From positions 984,722 to 1,048,721 of the forward strand of contig CAJINV010000017.1 in the NCBI GenBank assembly GCA_905178155.1: a stretch of 64,000 nt of DNA. Direction: 5' to 3'. This DNA comes from Amoebophrya sp. A120 (Eukaryota; Protista; Dinoflagellata). How positions within the stretch are numbered: position 1 is the first letter of the stretch; each line of letters opens with the position of its first letter. Of the stretch, positions 26,816 to 36,559 are shown one piece after another. The notes under the pieces are model-generated. The model was not told where the DNA came from. It saw only the letters and a list, made by a program, of their open reading frames with translations, and did no database searches. Position numbers and translations under genes: made by a program.

Positions 26816-29800
26816 ATGGCTCGTGATAATTCTACTTCCCGGGATGGCAAGCAAAGGCGAGGCGGGACGAGACGGCGGGACGAGGAGGAGGACAACCTCC
26901 GGGATCGGAGTATGAGACCTTCGTCGCGCTCGCGAACGGAGAAAAACAGCCGGCGAGCTGAGCGGCACCACAGAAGTGAACGCAGTAGACGTGGTGGCAA
27001 CTACCGTGGTGGTACCAGAGGCCGCGACAGTAGAAGCAGGCGGGGGGATACTAGACCTAGACGCAGTCGAGGAAGAGGGCGAGCCAGAGTTGTAGATGTT
27101 GGCACGAATTACAGCAGGTCACGGTCGCGGTCGCCGCGGTCTGTTTCCTCTTCCCGCAGTCGCAGCAGGAATTTCAAGAACCAAATCCCAGCGTTTATCC
27201 AAACAGGCGGGGTCCCTCTGCCGGTCACAAGGATGATCAAACCGAAGCTGCCAGTGCCGCCGGAACAACAACAACTGCTGGGGGGCCAGGTAAGTTTTGC
27301 TGGAAACTAGAACCACTGCGTAGAAACCTGTACAAGAACCTTCAATACATGGCATGAAATATGACCACCGTGACGTTGCGCATACAAGGAGATCCTACCT
27401 TGCAACTTCATGCGCACAGAAAGAGTTCTTGTCCGATTCTCATTGTCGAATCAAAACCTCTTACCACAGTTCTGTCAACAACTAGTGTAAAATTGACGCC
27501 CACAGACCAACGGTCAGCTCGTCGCTGCAACTGGTAAGGCGGGGAGTGGTATGTTGGAAAGTAAAAGTCTACTTGTGCTGCATGTAGATGAAGTAATATG
27601 TTGATCTCAATGCAGAACATGTCAATGTCGTGACTTCTTCTTCTTGATTACATCGCTTGCCTTGTGCATCCGAGGCGAAACATGAGCGAATGAGCAAGTC
27701 CCCATGTTGCTACTTGGGAGATCACTATACATTTTGTCGTGTGTTGTTGCAGGGCCAGGAGGACTTTGCTCGCCATAACCCCGCCACTTTCGGCAGAACA
27801 GTTACGAGAGCAAATCAGCCGGAACCTCGACGGCATCATCCTGAACACGCTTGAGCAGAAATCCGCGGATGGCAAAAACAGCAAAGTGGCAGCTAATCCA
27901 GCCCCACGTGCTGGTCCACGGCAGTTCCCAAGTTCAAACGGTGCGGCAGTGACGGGACAAAGTGGCACTAGTTCTGCCCAAGCAGTGACAGGCACCGCGG
28001 TGCTGGCATCCTCTGGTGCTGGCGAGCACAACGACGACGACCCGCTCGATGCGTTCATGGGGAACTTGGGAAAGGAGCTTCAGGAGAAGGTATGAAAAAT
28101 TAGGATTGATCGTGTAGTGATATCAACAGGAGGATTTTAATCTTCGTCTTCCCTTGTAGTACTACACTAGTTCCGACCACGTGCATAATTTATGAAAACG
28201 ACCCGCCCGTCCGCTGATTTCCACGACTTGTATTTTTTGCTTAGAGCGGGGTCACAAACTCATTCGTTAACTCCCCACCGGAGTTACGGACCAACCGGCC
28301 GGGTGGTCCTTAACTCCGGTGCCCCAAATGTTGCTTTAGAGAGAGGCAACAACGAAATTAATCCTTATGCGCCCCCCCGGCGGATAAGCCGGGGGTGGGC
28401 CCCATCTTATCCGCGCGCCGACGGGCCGTGCTGGTGTAGCCTAGGCAAAGTGACCCGGCGCCCTCATTGCCTGGAGGGCCCGGATATGCCCACAGCATGC
28501 CGTCGGTCTTTGTGGTGTTTAAAAGTAACAGGCCCAACATTTGAAAGCGCCACACTACCGGGGTTGCTTCAGACTAAAGGGCGACTGGGCAACATTTGGG
28601 GCGCGCTTGGGAAATTCGCCACGCAAGAAACTGCCGCGCAAGTAGCAACGGACACGCAGTTGCAAGATCAGAGCCAGAATCTGCCCCGCAGAAACTGCTG
28701 CCATATGTAGCGCGAGGGCCAAGGAGCTTCCTCGCTTCGCGCCTTCAGGCTATTGGGTTACTTGCTAGACCATGTCGACGCCGCTTTGCCCTTGGGCAGT
28801 GGCCTAGGGTCCGAAGCGAGAGGCGCCGCGGGCTAAAGCTTTGCTCTAGCCTGCGCGCGCGGCCCCCTGAAGGGGGTTCGCCTGTGCAAACCGATGGCCA
28901 TGGCTGCCCCTGCTTTTGCAATGGGTTCACTCAAAAAGACAGCAGGGCAGCAATGCCCAGGGTTGCGCACCCAGAGTCCTACCCACTCTTTTAAATGTGG
29001 AGCGCCGTCGTTGGTAAAATTCCCTCCGGTGGTGTGCTCAATTTATATCATCACACGGCAAACACGACCACGAGGGGGGGTAGCCATTTTCTGGGCCCCG
29101 GGCCGTGTTGTCCAATGTTTGTGGAAGCGCAAACATTGGCAGCGAGCGCAGCCTCCGCCGCGGCCGTAGTATTTATTTGGGCCGTGTAACTGACGGCCCC
29201 GCGCGGTCCACTTTTGTTTTCCGGCTTTTTCATGCCACCGCCGACCGACGTGCTTTAACTCTTCGCATCTTCGGCGCGGCGCAAGTGTTCCTTCGCCCGA
29301 AGTGCAGGAAGGCAGGCCATGGGGCCCAGTGAGGTTTTCTCGCCTCGCCCGGTGTTGCAGCCTACTTTTGGGAAACCCGCGCGCGCCCGTTTTGTGCGAC
29401 GGGTTGTGACTCGCAGCCAGCAGTCGTCGCAAACCCCACACGCAGCGGAGTATCGCAGCCACGTAGTACGTAGCAGCGATGAGCTGGCTGTTCCCGGTTT
29501 TGGTGTAGCAGCGATGACAGTATCGCAGCCACATGACCGGGCTGTTTCCGGTGCTGGTAGCAGTGATGACCGGGCTGCTCCCGGTTCTGGCGATAGCACT
29601 TTATTCCGGGTTGTTCCCGGTTCTGGGGCTCACCAGATAGTACGTAGAGCAACATTCTGGGCACCGGAGTTAAGGACCACCCGGCCGGTTGGTCCGTAAC
29701 TCCGGTGGGGAGTTAACGAATGAGTTTGTGACCCCGCTCTTAGAGTTGTTGTTCGACGTCGTCCAATATTTTTACACCAACCACTCCCAACAGAACATCA

Positions 29801-29922
29801 CCATCCCGGGTAACATCACGCACACGCGGGAAGTCTTCGGCCAGAACGCTTTCCAAAAGCTCCGACCGCAGGGCACCGCGAAGCACCTGGATCCGGACTC
29901 GCTGCTGGAACGCGGATTGTGA
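26816..29922 (+). CDS. RS-rich protein, possibly splicing-related; approximate exons 26816-27289, ~27753-28089, 29746-29922
   Basis: Arg/Ser-rich N-terminus (SRSRSRSPRS); DDDPLDAFM motif; GT donors at 27290 and 28090; last exon has GC3-rich codons. The acceptor of the second exon is unresolved. Confidence 0.55.
28244..29739. mobile_element. Non-autonomous PIF/Harbinger-like DNA transposon (1,496 bp) in an intron
   Basis: 81-bp perfect TIR starting GAGCGGGGTCACAAA (28244-28324; right arm ends 29739). TTA target duplication at 28241-28243 and 29740-29742. No transposase ORF seen. Confidence 0.88.
29484..29626. repeat. Degenerate subterminal repeat, 4 copies of a GGCTGTTCCCGGTTCTGG-like core
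   Basis: Units near 29486, 29537, 29570 and 29606, just inside the right TIR of the 1.5-kb element. Confidence 0.7.
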
Positions 29923-30727
29923 GCAAGATCATGGAAACATTTGTGTTGAAACTGCTTCACTCTGCAGCTTCTATGATCTTGATCTTCAGCCGGACTAGAT
30001 GGAGCACAAGGAACATGAAGCTAAACACGCCCGCGCCAGACGCGCAGTTTACAGATTGAATCGCTTCTCCGAAATAGTGCACCTGAACCGCTAGAAGTGG
30101 TGGCAGTAGTTCTTATTGTTCTGATGTTGTGTTTTTTTTTGTGATGCATTGCTCAACTCATGATATTCATATTGAAACTGATGCAAGCAACACGAGAGCA
30201 GCCAGAACCGGGAGCATCATGCCAAAATAGACCACACAGTGTAAGTTTCTACGCAGTGGTGTCAAATAAAGACACGCGTTTTTCGTGTCCCTAGGTGTTT
30301 CTTGGCCCTTATTTTTGATTTCTGCCAGAAAAGGTCCCGACGAATCAATAAAATCTAAATCATTTTCGTGGAGCGTGCCTGTTTCCGAGTGGATGGAGTT
30401 GAGTCGGAGAGGTTCTTGACCTACGTTACTGCCACGAGCACAAACGCTATTGCTTGACGACCTGCAGCGGATGTTTTGAAGTTCCACAATTCACAAACTC
30501 TGGAACAACTTGCGGCTAATGTGCACGCCGAGACCGACGAGCAGCCGAGGTTGAAGAGGAGCTAGCTGAATAGATACGTACTTACTAGTAGTGCCGCATT
30601 CTTGATCCTCTTCAGAGGTAGTTGCCATAAAGTAGATAAAAGTAGTGAGAAGCCGCGCTATCCAAGAGAATAGGTCGTGGATTGAAGGTGTATAGCAAAT
30701 TCTTCGTTCACGAACAGGATCAACAAG

Positions 30728-33700
30728 ATGCCACAGACCGTGGAGATTTCGTTTGTGAACCACAACAAACTGGCTCCGAAAGCCATCGGGAAACGGATCC
30801 ACCTCGGAATATGGGAGTGTCAGAATCGAAATTGACAAAGTCGAAAAATTTGCGATGCACAAAATCGATGTCAGTTGGAGCCTCAGTTGTCAAGTGGCGC
30901 ATGACAAATTTCGGGAGCACCAAAATCCAGCTCCTTGTCGTGCTGTTTGGGGAAAGAAGACTGCTCCTGTCATGCTACTCTGGCAGCACATTGCATACCC
31001 CTAAACAGGCTTACAATCGGCCTCATATGCCTGCTCCCCAATACAGGGCTTCAGTGCTCTACATTTTATGCATCACAAGTTTTTCGATTTTGACGATTTC
31101 GATTCTGACACATCCATACGGAAACCTCGATCCGGACATCAAGGCGATCGAACTAAAGCAGGGCTTGGCGGCGCAGCTGGAAATTTCGCCGCGCCTCATC
31201 GCGTTGGTGAAGGATTTTCACAAATTAGACTCCGAGGACTACAACTGCGGAGCGTACGAAATCACCGACGATCTCGAACCGGTTTTCCGGCACACGGAGA
31301 CGGTTCTCGAAGTAGATGTTCGTCGACTACATGTTGATCTTGCTGTAGATGGGACCACGAGAACGAGTGGAAACAAAACTTTCGCAAATCATGAAACCAC
31401 TGCTTCCACCACCACCTCCTCCTTCGGTAGCACCTCCAAACCGGGCACGTCTCCGCCCACCGGCCCGACCAACTTTCTCTACTTCCAGGAACCTCCGCCG
31501 AGTGCTTCCGGGGATGCGACATCTTCAAGATCGCACCGCCAAGGAGGCGCAAGCGACCAGTTTGCGACACGGCCGGCTGTTGTGTCGTCAACTCCCGAGG
31601 CAGGGGTGAAGGTCTTCTCGAAGAAGACCGCGGCAGGAGAGAAAGCTTCGCCAACAACATCCACTGCAGGAGCAGAAGATGAACACCTCATTCAGCCACC
31701 GAGCAATTCGAACTCCCCCGCGAAGCGCGACTCCCGACCGCGGAATTCCCGACCTTTTGCCTTGTACGACGGCGGTCTACAAGACGAGCTGGGGGACCGG
31801 GCGGATTTCCTATCGACGACTGCGGAAAAATGCGGGGAAGATGCGTGGAGGTCATCCTCGGCGGAACATGATGCTGCGGGTGGTCCTGGTCCTCACGGTG
31901 GTGCATCGTCGGAAGGAAGGGACGGGAATGGGGTTTCCAGTAAAAACGGGAGCAAGACATCAAGTTCTGTTGTCACTGGACGAGGTTCCGTCTCCTCGTC
32001 TTCTAGCAGCACCTGCAACAGCCTACCCTCTTCCCGGCTGATGACCCCCCGGCTGCACGAAAAGCAGGCGGCAACATCCACGGGCGCCGTTGTTGCTCCA
32101 GGACTTCATCATCTTGCTTCGAAAACAGACAACACCAGAGCCGGTGGTGGTGCGATGGGCTCATCATCCTCAGGTAAGACTTCTAGAAATAAATCTGTTG
32201 TCGAAGAAGACAAAGTGCCGAGAATCTGCGTCCTCTTGTCCGAGCACCACAGCGCGAAACGGATTGTACGGCCGCCGCCGGCGAACAATTCATCTTCGGA
32301 GGAAAACGAAAATAAAGCGGATGATCTTCACAGCACGAGCAAAGGAAAAGCGCAGCAGTCGAACTCGAAATCCCCAAGCAACACCTCCGATCCGCCCGTA
32401 GTAGAACCACGCGGATCTTCTGCATCCGACCTAGACATCACGGTGGGGCACATTCCGAGTGAGATGGTTCTGGCGGGCCATGAAGATCATCTTTCGGATC
32501 TCGCCGGCGGCGTACCAGATTTCCGCAAAGCGGTCTACATCAATGTGTACCACTATGGAACTGTCAGGATTGAAATTGACAAAGTTGAAAAATTTGTGAT
32601 GCATAAAACCGATGCCAGGAGTTCTTGGATGCCCACTTTGTTTCCAAGCGGCGCATGACAAATGTCGACATCATACATCATAATCCAGTTTGTCATGCTG
32701 TTTAGCGAAAGAAGGCATCCTTTGTCATGCTACTTTAGCAGCTCTATCCCAAAAGCAAAACAGGCACACAATCGGCCTCACTTGCAATCCCTGCAAGACA
32801 GTCACTTCGTGTCTTGCATTTTATGCATCACAGATTATCTCCACTTTATCGATTTCAATCCTCGACGAAGGAAGAAGTAAGCATGTAATTAGCACCTCCG
32901 GTTGGTAGAGCGATCGGCTACCGAGGCACGTCAGGGTGGCGTCGCTACTTCAATTCAATTCAATTCAATCCTGACACACCCATAACCACGTCCGGGTCGG
33001 GAATTTCTTCACCTTCGAAACCGTGAATTCCTTCATTTTTGACAAGCTGCTCGGCATGCCCCACGTGGGCGCTTTCCACACCGGCGTGGAGATCTACGGG
33101 GATGAATACCAGTACGGCTATTGTGAGGAGGGGACCGGGATTTCGCGCGTGCGGCCGCGGACGGAGCGTGACCACGTCTACGCGGAATCGATACTGGTTG
33201 GGTACACCACTTGGAAACGGGACGACATCAAGTTTTTTGTCAACAACTGCGACGAGCTGAAGAACAACTGGCAGGGACCGGATTACGACTTGAATGCAAA
33301 GAATTGCGTCGATTTCGCCCGCGACTTTTGCCAGTTGATTTTAACCACGGACACGCGGCGGAGTCCGCTGGAACACGAAAGTTCTTGTTGGCCGGCGGAG
33401 ACGAGCTCCTCCTCCCTCCGGTTGAGCTCGGCGGCAGAGCACGTCGTGAACGGGAGAAGAAGCGGGAAGATGAACGGGGGCACGGAGGTGGCTGAAAATG
33501 GAAAAATATATGGACAACATGACTATACAAATTCTACTACCGATAAACGAACATCGTACAACCGCATCGACGTCGCTTCATCTTCGCCCTCCCCTCCGCC
33601 AAAGCCGTACCACTCCAATCCTCCGCTACCATTGCAACTTTCCGCACGCGGACCATGCAGCTCCAACGCTTGGTCCGCTGCAGCAGGTGGATCATCGTCC

Positions 33701-33820
33701 GCCAGCGATGGTAGAACCACGCACGCATCCTCTATTGCACCGTTGGAGAATTTAGACAAACTTGTAAAATTTTTACCGAAGTTAGGAAATCTAGCGATCA
33801 GCAGTCACTCGCGAAGTTAA
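30728..33820 (+). CDS. PPPDE/DESI-family isopeptidase with a putative N-terminal ubiquitin-like domain; exons 30728-30809, 31124-32553, 32990-33820
   Basis: After removing two TIR introns the N-terminus reads MPQTVEISFVNHNKLAPKAIGKRIHLGNLDPDIKAIELKQGLAAQLEISPRLIALVKDFHKLD (UBL-like). The C-terminal part reads VYINVYHV...GAFHTGVEIYGDEYQYG...YDLNAKNCVDF, with the PPPDE His/Cys dyad. Confidence 0.85.
30810..31118. mobile_element. TIR intron family A
   Basis: ~56-bp imperfect TIR (TATGGGAGTGTCAGAATCGAAAT / ATTTCGATTCTGACACATCCATA). Direct repeat CGGAA at 30805-30809 and 31119-31123. Confidence 0.92.
32554..32984. mobile_element. TIR intron family A with a nested insertion in the right arm
   Basis: TATGGAACTGTCAGGATTGAAAT ... 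TTCAATCCTGACACACCCATA. Direct repeat ACCAC at 32549-32553 and 32985-32989. Removal joins the PPPDE N-terminal strand to the FHTG motif in frame. Confidence 0.92.
32863..32963 (+). mobile_element. 101-bp retro-type insertion (possible 3' fragment of a LINE/SINE) with a (TTCAA)3 tail
   Basis: Flanked by a 9-bp duplication TTCAATCCT (32854-32862 and 32964-32972). Ends in TTCAA tandem repeats and interrupts the family A TIR. Confidence 0.65.
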
Positions 33821-36559
33821 GGAAGGAGTAGCAGTTACTTCTCAAAATGCAGTCAGATGACGAAGCAGTCTCAACACTATTGATTCGCGATTTTTTACAA
33901 CACAAGTTTCAGTTGTTTATTTTGGCAAAATGAAGTGCTCGTAGCCTTCCTGCTCATCGTTTTTGTCCTGAACAACGGTTGATCGTCGAGCAGCAGGCTA
34001 CTTAATCGTATGATTTGGAACGTCGAAACTGAAAATTTTTACCACGACAGGTTTCTATTAGGTGATAACGGTAACGCATGAAGAGTTCTAGAAATAAGCG
34101 CTTGAAGGTATTGGCCGAGATCGCGACGTATGACAGCGATGATTTGAAGATTAGGCCGCAGCTCCGCCTGTGGTCATCGTCATTATTCTCGGCAGAAGAA
34201 GAATTGCACAGAGATATCGTGGCCTTTTGGCGGTTCGTTGTTCGTGAATTTGTATTTCTGAGAAGCAAAAGTAAAGCGGAGGAGTTTTCATACGTAATAT
34301 TGTGAATAAAGAGGTTGCAGCCTTTAGGGTCGAACTCGAAGATCCGCTCTGCATGAATGCTCTTGGCTTCTGATTTTGCAACCTTTGCACGTGTCGTGAG
34401 CGTCCCATCTTAAAATGAGAATTATCTCTAGAGCCTGCTCAACCTTACGACTGATGTAAGTACAAGTACAGCTTCGCCAAGTACAACTTTTTCTTCTTCG
34501 TAGCACTACGTGGGACCGTTGAGAATAACACTACTTTTGGCTCGATGGATGGCGCTGCAACAAGTGCATCTAGCAGGAGCAGTAGCTAGAGGAGCCACAA
34601 GTGTCTGTGTCAGCACCCCCATGTAATAGGGAATGAGAAGGCCGCTTCGAACTTCGTACGTCAGCATCAAGGGAACATCTTCAACAGCGTAAGAAGCGTA
34701 AGAGTACTATCAAGTTGTAGGAGGAACAACTAGTGGTCCTAGTACGAATTTCACCTGCGGATGAAAGATCGAATCTTCACGAAGCGCTCTTAAGATCTCC
34801 TACATCACATAAAACCATCTCCAGTAGCATTTTTTTTTTTTTCAATGCGGCCAGATGGGGGCTTCTTGATCCTTTTCCTATGTTGCCTCCAATATTATCT
34901 TGTTTGAAGTCAAGTCTACACCATAATCTTAATCTCTTGCCCGAGTAGCGTGTTGCTATCTGCAAGCAGGACGTAGTAAGAAGTTGACTGCCTTTGCATC
35001 CTGTCTTCACCGGCTACAGCTTACAATATTAACACACAAAAAAAAAAAACGCACACGCCTTGTTATTCCGCCCAAAAATAAACCAGCATCGACTTTGGAT
35101 AAAGTTGTTGAGGCTGTATCTCTTGTCATTGCGCTTCTACTACCGTTCTGCTCATTCATCTTGAAGCACATGTACCTGGTGCCATCTTCTCAGCTTTGAC
35201 TTTCACTGCTACCGCAAGAAATTATCATCACTTTACGAAGTGAGTGAGGTGAAAATAAAGATCATCTGCAAGCAGCAGCTTCAGCAGCTACTTCTACTAA
35301 AACTTCATCTTTGCGTTGCAGCAAGTAGACGAGTAGTTTGACCTTGACATCATCACTGCTCAACTTATCCAAGCAAAAAGCTGGTGGTGAGTTATTATAG
35401 TTTTGAGCATTCGTGAAGAGCTTCTTCTTCTATGCACAACTTCCGAGTCGATGTCGAAAGTCGTCGTCTTCCTGACAAAGAAAAGAGAATCCACCAAACA
35501 GAAAAAAGAAGTCGTCCTTCTCGTGGCCGTACGTCATCTAAGGGTCGTTCAAGATTAAGTTTATGTCAGCACCTGGACTACGATAGTACTCTTTGAAAGT
35601 CATCTCCCAATATTGGTGAACCACACACCGCGTTTGGATGTGCCTCGCTGAGTCTGTATCCACTGCAGAAAGTTCAGAGCTTCAGACTTCTCAGGAATCA
35701 ACAAATAATTCTTGCATTTTTTGCCATGCGTAATTTTCCTTTTTGGTGCATGAAGGAGATTTTTAAGATTGATCGTGCTGGTGAGACAGAGACAATGCAT
35801 GACGGGATTATTTTGCAAAGTCTGTATCTGTTGGTGCATGTGCGTGTGCGTCTGCGTGGTCTCGACAACAATTGGTAGAAGCGCTGCTCCCATCAACAAC
35901 AACAAGTTCTTTATTAGCATGTTCATCGGTTCACCAAATTTGCGCCGGCATGATCGCTCTCGAGTCTGAAGCAATGACATATAATTTGCAACGCATACGC
36001 GCAACCGAGCAACGACGACCGCCACGATCTATCTACCTTTTCGCCTTCGTCGTTGGAGTTTTGTTCATCTTCTACTTCCAACTTTACTTCTTCTGCGAAC
36101 TACAGCAACGCCGCGTCTAGTACAACTACAACTCCAACTCCCTCCGCCGCTGCTTCTTTTTTGGATTTCGTCTACAAGAACGCGACAGACTTTACTACCA
36201 CCAGCGCCTGGAGCAGCTGTTGTGCCACGAGGACTTCCGCGTCAATATCATCTTCACGACCACCAGTTGTACCCGTTGCAGCTACTATTCAAACTACATT
36301 TCATCTGCCACGTGGTCAAGATCTTTGTTCCAGCACAGCTGCCGTCGAGCTCGGAGATTCTAAACTTAATACAGATTTGAACGAGAAGAGCGAACACGGA
36401 GCAGGTACTTTCTACCCCGAGGAGCAAGTAGAACTACAACATCGGGAAGTTTTATCCAAGCAGAAAAACCTGGTTCACCGATCGTCCGCACCCACCCACA
36501 CGACCACCTCTCTGCCAGCGTTCCGATTTCTCCTCCGTTCTTTCCTCGCCCTATTCACC

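Noticed and set aside
29080-29090. GTAGCCATTTT, an 11-nt match to the dinoflagellate spliced leader
   Set aside because: The match stops before GGCTCAAG, lies inside a transposon and is not upstream of a start codon; too short to call.
28192-29699. ORFs inside the 1.5-kb element as a transposase
   Set aside because: Short, overlapping and without recognisable DDE or Myb/SANT motifs.
30682-31118. N-terminus of the supplied 658-aa ORF (MGVSESKLTK...)
   Set aside because: It translates the family A element; similar peptides recur at 11931 and 39532.
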